From Nitrospinaceae bacterium (GTDB lineage: Bacteria; Nitrospinota; Nitrospinia; Nitrospinales; VA-1), in NCBI GenBank assembly GCA_046754465.1, contig JBHHVU010000023.1:1-45790 (forward strand): 45,790 bases of DNA. Reading direction: 5' to 3'. This document shows, piece after piece, positions 1 through 9,342 of the stretch. A model generated the notes under the pieces. That model did no database searches. It saw only the letters and a program-made list of their open reading frames with translations, and was not told the DNA's origin. Position 1 is the first letter of the stretch; each line of letters begins with the position of its first letter. Both the position numbers and the translations under genes were made by a program.

Positions 1-399
1 ATTTTTTTGGATATTATCATCGTTGCCACAAGGTATCGAACATGGGACGGGCTAGGGTCTCATTGCTAACTTGGGCATAGCATTCCTGGCAATGTTTGAG
101 CGGAATGAATCGCCCCTGTAGAAATCGGGTTGTCTCGGAAACGTGTGTTATTTCTGTTTGGGATAGCATACCAAAAACCCAGGTGCGCTTTCCACTCGTG
201 TTTTTAATATTCCCGAGCTGACTTCTACTTTTAAGCCGGGATTTCGCAAATGAAAATTAAAATTCAAAGAAAGTCGTCTTGATTACAGCGAACCATAATT
301 TCAGATAAAAATTTTGTTGGATTTGGCTAGATTTTTATGCTGAGGATTTCCGCTTCGTTTCGCTTTTTTATCAGAGGGAAGGGTCGGGAATCTTTCCCC

Positions 400-909
400 T
401 CAATGCCTGAATTTTAAGTACGATTGCAAAGGACACTGAATGTTCACAGGGGCTTTGAACATCCGTTTTCCCTTTGAGGTGAAAATGGTTGTAAAGGGTT
501 TATTCGGGTTTTTTCTTACTTCCTCCAGCCCTTTTTGATCAAAACCATCATTTGGGCGGTTTTGGGGATTAATCGGCCACAAACTCATAAGCCGGTAGGT
601 CATTCCCAATCCCTTTGAGGTGACGTTTTCCGAGGCCAATAAAAGAAACTGGGCGGGAAGAGGCAGGGTATTTTCTTGTAGATAGTTTTCGGTTGCCTTT
701 AAGGAAATGGCATCCCCAAGGCGCTCCACGATCATTTTTGCGTAGATGGTTCGATCCGCTTCGATCACCAAATGGATGTAATCGGTTGCAATTATTGGAG
801 ACACTCCCAAGGGGATTAACTTGGTTTTACTCCAACTTTGGTTGGAAAACAGAAAAATCGATGAGGCCAAAATTATTGAAATTATTGAGGACAATAATAA
901 TTTATACAT
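400..909 (-). pseudogene. DUF3365 (Tll0287-like) periplasmic protein, apparently C-terminally truncated
   Basis: Signal-peptide-like N-terminus from ATG 909 (SD GGAGGG). Family-typical motifs IEADRTIY, LPLPAQF and YRLMSLWPINPQNRP. After MFKA the sequence becomes unrelated, and the heme-binding CxxCH usual for the family is absent from the ORF and from the downstream sequence read by eye (301-460). Confidence 0.6.
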
Positions 910-1583
910 AATTCCCTCCACAAAAGGTGACCGTGTCGCCACTTTTCAAAAAATTGTTCGCGTGAAAAGTTGGGTCATCGGAATGGAGGGGAATTTAGGG
1001 GATGGCCCAAGCAACAGGTCTATTTCTATATTGAAAGTCCTTATTGTTGGAAATTTTATATGGTTATGTAAAATCTGTTCTCCGCTTCCCTGTTTGTCAA
1101 TAGGGGAACAAAAATAACGAATTTAACGAAAAAAGAATATCTGCCCAAAAAAAATCGGGGGTTACCTATATTTGAAAACTGACAGAACTGACAAAAGGTG
1201 CTTTATTCGGTTTAGTCGGTGTGGATATGTGGGTATGGTGGGGAAAAAAGTGTTGGAATGTCAGCCTTTAGCTATTCCTTCAGCGAAAAGCGAACCATTT
1301 GAGTTAAGAAGTTAAGGGACACTTTCTGATAAACTTTCCTTTTAAAGGAGGGCTAAATGATGAGGAAAGTGTCGAGCGTGAAGGGGAGCGTAGCGAACCC
1401 TGGGTCAACATCGGACCCGGCAAATTTCTTGCACCTTAAATCTTCCAGAGAACGGTGTGGACGAAACGTATACTTCCCGCTTCACCAAGTTTCGTGGAGA
1501 AGTCCCACCGGGAATCGTACAGATTTCGGGAGGGAGGTCACTCCCCCACCCCAACATGCAGGCAAGAGGAGACCCCTTGGGGA

Positions 1584-2459
1584 TCAGGTGAAATGGCGGA
1601 CGATGGATTCCACGGAAGACAGGTAGGAACCGCCGAACAGGTTCAGGTGGTTGAGCAGGTGGTAAAGGTTGTAGAGGTCCTTCCGGTCGGCGTAGCCGGG
1701 ATTCAGGGGAAACGCTTCGTGATAGGCGCTGTAAAAGGCTTGCGGCAGGCGCCCGAACAGCTCGGTCATGGCGAGATCGCTTTCGCGCAATCCGAAGTAC
1801 ACGGCGGGATCGAATATGGACGGGGTCTGCCCCGGACCGGCAAAATAATTTCCCGACCACAGGTCCCCATGAAGCAGGGCGGGTTTTTCGCCCGAAACGT
1901 CCAGCCAATCTTCCAGCCGGTTGCGCAGGCCGTCCAGCCGCTGGTCGAGGGTGGAAGGAAGTTTTCCCGATTTTCGCGCCAACTCCTGCTGAAAACCGAT
2001 GCGGCGGTCGCGGAAAAAAACCAACGCATCCTTTTCCGGTGAGTTTTTTTGAACGGTGGAGCCGATATAGTTGTCGTGGTCCAGTCCGTGGCAGTTCCGG
2101 GAGACGCGGTGCATCGCGGCCAGAGCCCGCGCGAACCGGATCGCGAATTCCCTCCCGGGAATGCTCTCTTCGAGATATTCGAGAATAAAAAACCGGGGCC
2201 GGGACCCTGGTTCCAGGCCCAGGGGTTTGGGGATTCTGGGTCCGTTTTCAGCCGCTCGGAGCAGGTTGAGTCCTTTGGCCTCCACGGCGAAGAAGTCTTT
2301 TGGCGGGTGGGGGTTGTATTTTAGGAATACTTTTTCTCCGTTGGAAAGGGTCAGGGACTGGGTCTGGTTGATCGACCCGCCGCCGGCGGAAGCCGTGGAG
2401 CGGATTTGAACGGGCTCGCCGTAGATGGATTCCAGGACCTGTTCGAGGGCCTCTTTCAT
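1584..2459 (-). CDS. Fructosamine kinase family protein
   Basis: GGSIN, DNYIGST, LLHGDLWSGN, IFDPAVYFG, DLAMTELFG and YHLLNHLNLFG motifs. Confidence 0.93.
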   Translation of the reverse strand: MKEALEQVLESIYGEPVQIRSTASAGGGSINQTQSLTLSNGEKVFLKYNPHPPKDFFAVEAKGLNLLRAAENGPRIPKPLGLEPGSRPRFFILEYLEESIPGREFAIRFARALAAMHRVSRNCHGLDHDNYIGSTVQKNSPEKDALVFFRDRRIGFQQELARKSGKLPSTLDQRLDGLRNRLEDWLDVSGEKPALLHGDLWSGNYFAGPGQTPSIFDPAVYFGLRESDLAMTELFGRLPQAFYSAYHEAFPLNPGYADRKDLYNLYHLLNHLNLFGGSYLSSVESIVRHFT

Positions 2460-2947
2460 TTTTTGAGGTGGGTCCGGTCCTTGATGAATTCAAGAATTTC
2501 CGGGCAGGTGCGGTCCACGATCTGGAAGACCAGATCGAATCCCCTGGCGCCGCCGTAATAGGGATCGGGCACGTCGAGGCCGCCGTTGCCCCGGCCTTGG
2601 GGGTCGAACGAGCGAAACAGTTTGAGCTTTTCAGCTTCCCGGGGATGGGGACAGATTTGCCGGAGGACATCCAGATTGGTCTGGTCCATCGCGAGGATCA
2701 GGTCGAATCCGGAAAAATCGGCGGGCTGGATCTGGCGGCCCCGGTTGTCGAGACGGATACCATATTTTCTCGCGGTGATCTGCATCCGTGTGTCCGGGGG
2801 GTCGCCGACGTGCCAGTTTCCCGTGCCGGCGGATGCGATGCGGATTTGTTCCTTCAGCCCTTCCTTGGCGACCAGCGCTTCAAAGACTCCCTGGGCAAGG
2901 GGTGAACGGCAGATGTTTCCCAGGCAGACAAAACAGACAGCAAACAT
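2456..2947 (-). CDS. Low-molecular-weight protein-tyrosine phosphatase
   Basis: VCLGNICRS P-loop and VPDPYYG motif; 4-bp overlap with the downstream kinase gene. Confidence 0.95.
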   Translation of the reverse strand: MFAVCFVCLGNICRSPLAQGVFEALVAKEGLKEQIRIASAGTGNWHVGDPPDTRMQITARKYGIRLDNRGRQIQPADFSGFDLILAMDQTNLDVLRQICPHPREAEKLKLFRSFDPQGRGNGGLDVPDPYYGGARGFDLVFQIVDRTCPEILEFIKDRTHLKK

Positions 2948-3082
2948 GCATGAACCTCCAAGATTGATTTGACCGGCGTTTGCGTTTAAGATTGGCCCGT
3001 TGTCCTCAACTGTTTTATTTTATATAACTGACCGGACCCCATCAACTTTATCTGGGCCGGTCCTGATCGAGGGGATCAAGAA

Positions 3083-4372
3083 TTGATCGAACGTTACACG
3101 CTTCCAGAGATGGCCGCCATCTGGCAGCCGGAAAACAAGTTCCGCATCTGGCTCGATATCGAAATCCTGGCCTGTGAAGCTCTCGCCCGCCGAGGGGAAA
3201 TCCCCCGGGCGGCGGTGGAGGTCATCAAGAAGAAGGCCCGGTTCGATGTGGCCCGGATCGATGCAATCGAAAAGGAGGTCAAACATGATGTGATCGCATT
3301 TCTGACCTGCGTGGCGGAGCACGTGGGCGAACCGGCCCGTTACATGCACCTGGGTATGACTTCCTCGGATGTGCTGGACACCGCCTTCGCGGTGCAGTTG
3401 AAAGACGCGGCTTCCCGGATTCTCAAGGAACTGACCCGGTTTCGCGAGGCCATCAAAACACAGGCTTTGAAACACAAGAATACGCCGATGATCGGCCGCT
3501 CGCACGGAATCCACGGCGAGCCCATCACCTTCGGGTTGAAACTGGCGATCTGGTACGAGGAGATGGGGCGCAACCTGGAGCGGCTGCGGCGGGCTCGCCA
3601 GCGGATCGCCTTCGGGCAAATCTCCGGCGCCGTCGGGACCTTCGCCACGGTGGACCCGGAGGTGGAAGCCCATGTCTGTAAACAACTGGGACTGAAACCG
3701 GCGCCGGTGTCCAGTCAAGTGATCCAGCGGGACCGTCACGCGGAGTTTTTCAGCACCTTGGCGATTCTGGCGGGAACCCTCGACAAGATTGCCACTGAAA
3801 TCCGGCATCTGCAGCGGACCGAGGTGTTGGAGGCGGAGGAATTTTTCTCCCAGGGCCAGAAGGGGTCGTCGGCGATGCCGCACAAGCGCAATCCCGTGGT
3901 GTCCGAGCAAATGTCCGGACTCGCCCGGCTGGTGCGCTCCAACGCCCTCGCCGCGCTCGAGAACCAGACCCTCTGGCACGAACGCGACATCAGCCATTCT
4001 TCGGTGGAGCGGGTGATCGGGCCCGACAGCACCATCCTCGCCCATTACATGCTGCGGAGGATGACCGGGATGATGGACAAGCTGCTGGTCTACCCGAAAA
4101 ACATGATGAAAAACCTGGAGATCACCCGCGGACTGATCTTTTCGCAAAACGTTCTACTCGCGCTGGTCCGCAAGGGGGTGCGGCGGGAGGAAGCCTACCG
4201 CATGGTGCAGCGAAACGCCATGCGCGTCTGGAAAAAGGGAGAAGCCTTTCTGCCGCTTTTGAAAAAGGACAGGGAAATCCGGAAAATCCTTTCCGCGAAA
4301 GAGCTGGAAGCCGCGTTCAATCTGAAGACCCAGCTCAAAAACGTGGATCATATATTCGCTAGAATATTCTAA
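3083..4372 (+). CDS. purB: Adenylosuccinate lyase
   Basis: HLGMTSSD, GRSHGIH and the GSSAMPHKRNP fumarase-superfamily signature; TTG start. Confidence 0.97.
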   Translation: MIERYTLPEMAAIWQPENKFRIWLDIEILACEALARRGEIPRAAVEVIKKKARFDVARIDAIEKEVKHDVIAFLTCVAEHVGEPARYMHLGMTSSDVLDTAFAVQLKDAASRILKELTRFREAIKTQALKHKNTPMIGRSHGIHGEPITFGLKLAIWYEEMGRNLERLRRARQRIAFGQISGAVGTFATVDPEVEAHVCKQLGLKPAPVSSQVIQRDRHAEFFSTLAILAGTLDKIATEIRHLQRTEVLEAEEFFSQGQKGSSAMPHKRNPVVSEQMSGLARLVRSNALAALENQTLWHERDISHSSVERVIGPDSTILAHYMLRRMTGMMDKLLVYPKNMMKNLEITRGLIFSQNVLLALVRKGVRREEAYRMVQRNAMRVWKKGEAFLPLLKKDREIRKILSAKELEAAFNLKTQLKNVDHIFARIF

Positions 4373-4431
4373 CCCTTTCTTAAACCCCGGTTGCGGGACT
4401 TTTGCCCATCCGGGCAGACGGATTGAATACC

Positions 4432-5145
4432 ATGAAACGATTGGAAAAATTATACGAAGGCAAAGCCAAAATCCTCTACGCCACCGATGATCCCGGCAAG
4501 GTGATCCAGTATTTCAAGGACGACGCCACCGCGTTCAACGGCATCAAGAAAGGCACCATCGTGGACAAGGGGGTAATCAACAACCAGGTCTCCTCGCGGA
4601 TATTTCAGTACCTCGAGGAGAACGGCGTGCAAACGCATTTTCTCGGGCAATTGACCGACCGGGAGATGCTGGTCCGGAAACTGGAAATCATTCCTGTGGA
4701 GGTCGTGGTGCGTAACGTCGCCGCAGGCAGTCTGTGCAAGCGTCTCGGCATCGAGGAAGGACGGCCACTCGACCCGCCGGTTCTGGAGTTTTTTTACAAG
4801 AGCGATCCGCTGGGTGATCCCATGATCAACGAATACCACATCTCGACTTTCGGCTGGGCCACCGCGGGCCAGGTGGAGACGCTGAAATCTTCCGGATTTC
4901 GGATCAACGCGTTGTTGACGGATTTTTTCAAGGAACGGAAGATCCGTCTGGTCGATTTCAAGCTGGAATTCGGGTTGCACGGGGGGACGGTGCTGCTGGG
5001 GGACGAGATCAGCCCCGACGGGTGCCGGCTGTGGCATTGGGAGACGGGGGAGAAAATGGACAAGGACCGGTTCCGCTTCGGCCTGGGCAGCGTGGAGGAG
5101 AAATACCAGGAAGTCTACCAACTGGTATGCGGCGATTCCCGGTAG
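4432..5145 (+). CDS. purC: SAICAR synthetase
   Basis: LYEGKAK, FKDDATAFNG, DFKLEFG, DEISPD and DKDRFR motifs; ATG 4432 is preferred over TTG 4402. Confidence 0.97.
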   Translation: MKRLEKLYEGKAKILYATDDPGKVIQYFKDDATAFNGIKKGTIVDKGVINNQVSSRIFQYLEENGVQTHFLGQLTDREMLVRKLEIIPVEVVVRNVAAGSLCKRLGIEEGRPLDPPVLEFFYKSDPLGDPMINEYHISTFGWATAGQVETLKSSGFRINALLTDFFKERKIRLVDFKLEFGLHGGTVLLGDEISPDGCRLWHWETGEKMDKDRFRFGLGSVEEKYQEVYQLVCGDSR

Positions 5146-5408
5146 GGATAAGGAAAAAGACTCGGAATTTTCATGGATGTCCAAGGATTTTACACGATTA
5201 GGGGTTTGAAGAAGCCTTTTAGGGCGTTAATTTAGATCTGAAACCAAGCGAAAAGACGGAAAAATCGTTTATTTTCATGCTATACATGAATCATGCGTTA
5301 CCTTTTGAATCGGTAAAGTTGTCGGCCCATTTTATTTGAATTTGGGATTTTATGGGGTTAATGGAGCCCCTAAGGTTTTTCTTCATGCCAACGGGGCCGC
5401 GAGTTCAA

Positions 5409-5816
5409 GTGGATAATCTTTCTCCACAAGAAAGAAGTGAGCGGATGAGCCGTATTCGCTCCACGGACACTAAACCGGAAATGACTGTCCGGAGGATGGT
5501 TCATGGAATGGGTTTTAGGTACCGGCTGCATTCCAAGGAACTTCCGGGCACCCCAGATTTGAAATTTTCGAATCGGAAAAAAGTGATTTTTATTCACGGT
5601 TGCTTTTGGCATTTGCATAAAGGGTGCAGGATTTACCGCCTGCCAAAAACCAACAAGGATTTTTGGTTTCCAAAATTGAATGACAATAGAAAAAGAGATT
5701 TAAGAAATCAAAGGTTATTGCGAAAAATGGGTTGGGATTATTTACTGGTTTGGGAATGTGACCTGGGAAATCAAAACAAACTGTCCGGAAAAATAAAAAA
5801 ATTCCTGGAGAAATGA
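5409..5816 (+). CDS. vsr: Very-short-patch repair endonuclease
   Basis: RSERMSRIRSTDTKPE, LPGTPD, FIHGCFWHLH and VWEC motifs; likely GTG start at 5409; stop overlaps the methyltransferase start. Confidence 0.93.
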   Translation: MDNLSPQERSERMSRIRSTDTKPEMTVRRMVHGMGFRYRLHSKELPGTPDLKFSNRKKVIFIHGCFWHLHKGCRIYRLPKTNKDFWFPKLNDNRKRDLRNQRLLRKMGWDYLLVWECDLGNQNKLSGKIKKFLEK

Positions 5817-6997
5817 TTATGAGGTCGGTGGAGCTTTTTACCGGTGCCGGTGGTTTGGCGCTTGGTATTTCCAACGCGGGCTTTAAACACGAGGTGGTTT
5901 TAGATTGGGACAAGGACGCCATCAATACAATTCGGGCTAACCAAAGGCGTGGAATCAGGCCTTGCAACGATTGGCCTTTGTATCAAGGAGATATTTCTAC
6001 TTTCAACTTTTCAAGTATTAACAAGGAAATTGATCTTTTGGCGGGGGGCCCCCCCTGTCAGCCCTTTTCCCTGGGCGGAAAGCACCGGGGCCACGAGGAT
6101 GCAAGAAATCTTTTCCCGGAAGTCTTCAGGGCGGTAAGGGAATTAAGACCCAAGGCAATTTTCGTTGAAAATGTTAAAGGGCTTTTACGCCAATCGTTCG
6201 CGGGTTATTTCGAATATATCCTTCTTCAATTGACCTATCCCGGGATTGTTAGAAGAAAAAGCGAAACGTGGACGGATCATTTGTCCCGGCTTGAGCAACT
6301 ACACACCAAGGCAAAATACAATGGAATTTCCTACCAGATTATTTTTCGTTTATTGAAGGCGGCGGATTATGGAATTCCTCAACGCCGTGAAAGAGTCTTT
6401 ATTGTAGGATTTAGGTCGGATTTGGGTGTTGAGTGGTCATTCCCCGAACCCGGGCACTCTCAAGATGCCTTGCTTTGGCAACAATGGGTGACTGGAGAGT
6501 ATTGGGAAAGGCATAAGATTCCAAAAAGGAAGCGGCCTTTATTAGCCGATAAATTCAAGCCTAGAATTCAACAATTACGATTCAATTTATTTCCACCTCA
6601 AGAAAAACCCTGGACTACCGTTAGAGATGCCATTATCGATTTGCCGGATCCGCAAAAAATCCCTGCTTCCGAAATATTAAATCATCAATTCAATCCTGGA
6701 GCTAGGGTATACAAGGGGCACACGGGGAGTCCCTTGGATGAACCCGCGAAGACTCTTAAGGCCGGAGACCATGGGGTGCCTGGCGGTGAAAATATGGTTG
6801 TTTTTCCGGATCAGCGAGTTCGTTACTTTACTGTTCGAGAGTGCGCGAGACTTCAAACTTTTCCAGACAATTACGCTTTTCAGGGTTCCTGGACCGAATC
6901 AATGAGGCAATTGGGGAATGCCGTGCCAGTAACCTTGGCGGCATTAATAGCGCATAAAATCAAAAAAACACTTCAAACTCACGAACTGAAAAATTAG
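5813..6997 (+). CDS. DNA (cytosine-5) methyltransferase of a type II R-M system
   Basis: Motif I FTGAGG, catalytic GPPCQPFS, ENV, QRRER, RECARLQTFP and QLGNAV. Confidence 0.96.
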   Translation: MIMRSVELFTGAGGLALGISNAGFKHEVVLDWDKDAINTIRANQRRGIRPCNDWPLYQGDISTFNFSSINKEIDLLAGGPPCQPFSLGGKHRGHEDARNLFPEVFRAVRELRPKAIFVENVKGLLRQSFAGYFEYILLQLTYPGIVRRKSETWTDHLSRLEQLHTKAKYNGISYQIIFRLLKAADYGIPQRRERVFIVGFRSDLGVEWSFPEPGHSQDALLWQQWVTGEYWERHKIPKRKRPLLADKFKPRIQQLRFNLFPPQEKPWTTVRDAIIDLPDPQKIPASEILNHQFNPGARVYKGHTGSPLDEPAKTLKAGDHGVPGGENMVVFPDQRVRYFTVRECARLQTFPDNYAFQGSWTESMRQLGNAVPVTLAALIAHKIKKTLQTHELKN

Positions 6998-6998
6998 C

Positions 6999-7599
6999 TT
7001 GAAAGAAGATCCTGTTTTTCAATCCCCTCGATAAAAAGAATCTCGGCGTAAGCGTCGCAGATGCTCTTCTCGCACGGCCAGTTTCCGCGCTGCCACCTGA
7101 ACCATTTATTGGAGCAGGTATTTATGCTATTTACTATACAGGGGGTTTCCCGGCCTATAAATTCCTGGCGGAAAAAAATAAAGTGAGAAAATTCGAAGCT
7201 CCTATTTATGTGGGGAAGGCCGTTCCAGCCGGCGCGAGAAAAGGTGGTTTTGGCTTGGATAAACCCGCGGGGAAAGTTCTTCATAAGAGACTGACCGAAC
7301 ACGCCGAGTCAATTCAGGGCACCAAGAATCTAAACTTAGAGGATTTCGCTTGCAGGTATTTGGTTGTAGATGATATTTGGATTCCTTTGGGAGAATCTCT
7401 TTTGATTGAAATGTTTTCCCCCTTGTGGAATATGATAATAGATGGATTTGGAAACCACGATCCCGGGAAGGGGAGATACAATCAACAAAAGTCACCTTGG
7501 GATGTTCTGCATCCGGGCCGTCATTGGGCTGAAAAACTGCAAGCTGGTGCTCGATCAGAAAACGATCTTTGGAATGCTATTAAGGAGTTTTTTAAATGA
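6999..7599 (+). CDS. Eco29kI-family (GIY-YIG) restriction endonuclease; 5' end frameshifted or uses a non-canonical start
   Basis: The frame of ORF 7183-7599 stays open upstream to 7003 and reads FNPLDKKNLGVSVADALL...GAGIYAIYY...PIYVGKA...LGESLLI...WN..IDGFGNHDPGKGR...WD..HPGR, typical of Eco29kI/Cfr42I. The TTG at 6999 lies in another frame. Confidence 0.85.
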
Positions 7600-7771
7600 A
7601 GAATCAATATTTCGGCGATATCAATGATTCCCTGGTTTTCCAAGATGTCCCCAAGAATCACTTTTGGCACTGATCGGATGAACGAAAACTAGAATCACGC
7701 TCATTAGAAAACGGCCCGCCCCGAATCCCCGTGAGGAAATTCGGAGCGGATCAAATTTTACCCGGTTCTCG

Positions 7772-8182
7772 TTATTTGCAAAGAACCTTTACCTCCGCGC
7801 TTCCAGCTGTGGCATTGACGATTCGCGCTTCATGGATCGCGACGCCCTTCGCTCCTTCCCAACCCCCGGAAAACGGAGATTCGGGTTTCAGGTTATAACT
7901 TTTGGTCTCCCCCGGCTTGAGCGGTTCGTCGTAGTAATTGGCTCCATTCCCCATGATGACCCTCACCTCGGCGGGATCATTGGACATATTCTTGACCTTG
8001 AAATCCTTTTGACAATAAGTGGTGGTTCCGGGTTGCAACACGGTTTCGCCGTTGTTCATGTCCTGAATGAACCAGCCGGATACCCCCGGATTATCATTTT
8101 CGCTCGCCATTGCGTGGCTCACCGCGAAAAGGGAACAAACCATCAAAACCAAAACCGAATACCAAAAAGTTCGACTTTTCAT
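7772..8182 (-). CDS. Secreted hypothetical protein (136 aa)
   Basis: Strong SD (AAAGGAG), Sec signal peptide ending SHA/MA, and two Cys in the mature part. Confidence 0.8.
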   Translation of the reverse strand: MKSRTFWYSVLVLMVCSLFAVSHAMASENDNPGVSGWFIQDMNNGETVLQPGTTTYCQKDFKVKNMSNDPAEVRVIMGNGANYYDEPLKPGETKSYNLKPESPFSGGWEGAKGVAIHEARIVNATAGSAEVKVLCK

Positions 8183-8438
8183 GGTCTCATCTCCTTTCTA
8201 AAAAAAAAAGGACATAATAAAAGAGGTCAAGAACATGAAGCCGCCGCGCCTGGTTTTCACGGATCATTCAGTGAACCACCGGGTGCGGAAGCGCCCAAAA
8301 CCAGGAGCGGCCCTTCCGGTCATGGCCATTAAATAATACGAAGGTTGGCGCCAGGTTACCTTCGATCCTGAATGTGAACGATGAATTTTCCTTCGGGAAA
8401 GACCTTCAAAACCCAATGATTGTTTGCTGAATACAAAA

Positions 8439-8467
8439 AACATATAACCCGTGCCGGACCCTGTCAA
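8439..8467 (-). promoter_or_regulatory. Sigma70-type promoter
   Basis: Minus strand TTGACA-17 nt-TATGTT, about 250 nt upstream of ATG 8182. Confidence 0.55.
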
Positions 8468-8578
8468 TAAATCCAAGGATTAATTTTTTTTAATTTTTTT
8501 ATGAGGAAAAAAGAAACCGGTTCCGGTCCTTCAAGGGTTGACGGGAGAGGATAGGGTGCCCGGAAAAGGCCCGGCTTC

Positions 8579-9175
8579 TTAATTGGCGGAGAAAATCTGG
8601 AAGTTCTGTTTGGTCAGGAAATCGTATTTGCCATCGAGGTTGAAACCGGCCTGTATCATCTCGGCCCGGATGGTCTTGGCGGGCGTGGAGTTCCTTCCTT
8701 GCTTGAAATCGAGAATGGCGATTCGGCCTCCGGGGCGAAGGGATTTCATGAGCCGCGCCAAATACGCGACCCGGTCTTTCAGGTGGTGGTAAGTATTGCA
8801 GATGAAGATAAGATCGATGCCCCGTTGGGGCAGTTTGGGGTCCTGGGGTTCTGCCAGAATCGTTTGCACGTTCTGGACACCCTGTTCTCTTGCACTTTTT
8901 TGCACAAAATCGGTCATGGCAGGGTCCACATCGACGGCGTAAACCCGGCCATCGGGTCCAGTGGCCTTGGCCAGGCGAAACGTGAGATACCCGCCGCCCG
9001 CTCCCAGATCGGCGATTTGCGCCCCGGGTGGGATCCTGAGGGTCTGGATCACGCGGTCGGGTTGCTGCCATTTATCCCTATTGAACCCGTTGTAGGCGGC
9101 CCGCTTGAGGCCAGAGCAACCGGTTAATATCGTCAGGGCCAATATCGCCGCAACAAGAATCCGCGAATGTCTCAT
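8579..9175 (-). CDS. Class I SAM-dependent methyltransferase with lipoprotein signal
   Basis: IADLGAGGG, VYAVDVD and YHH motifs; hydrophobic N-terminus ending in a lipobox (LTGC). Confidence 0.88.
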   Translation of the reverse strand: MRHSRILVAAILALTILTGCSGLKRAAYNGFNRDKWQQPDRVIQTLRIPPGAQIADLGAGGGYLTFRLAKATGPDGRVYAVDVDPAMTDFVQKSAREQGVQNVQTILAEPQDPKLPQRGIDLIFICNTYHHLKDRVAYLARLMKSLRPGGRIAILDFKQGRNSTPAKTIRAEMIQAGFNLDGKYDFLTKQNFQIFSAN

Positions 9176-9342
9176 TTCCTGGTTTCCTCGAGAAGGCAGC
9201 AGACCGAAAAAGCGAATCCCCCCTTTACCGAAGGAGGCAGCGGCGTACCGGAGTACCTCCCCAGGTAGTTGGAACAGGCGTTATATGGCGGACGGTCGTT
9301 GGTTGCCGATGATGATTCGACCTATTCCCTCCCGCGGGCGGG

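Noticed and set aside
1047..1074. dif (XerCD) site
   Set aside because: The XerD-like arm TTATGTAAAAT is present, but the XerC arm does not fit.
1357..1626. 89-aa ORF with a strong SD; tRNA-like or RNase P-like words nearby
   Set aside because: The translation is not protein-like and overlaps the kinase 3' end; no cloverleaf or RNase P core can be built.
3020..4147. Long antisense ORFs (also 26081-27130, 38164-39297, 41083-42267, 31636-32556 and others)
   Set aside because: They lie opposite well-conserved genes, are expected from GC-rich codon bias, and show no recognisable motifs.
5168..7660. Direct repeats (GATGTCC..AAG) bounding the R-M cassette
   Set aside because: Too short and gapped to call att sites or a target duplication.
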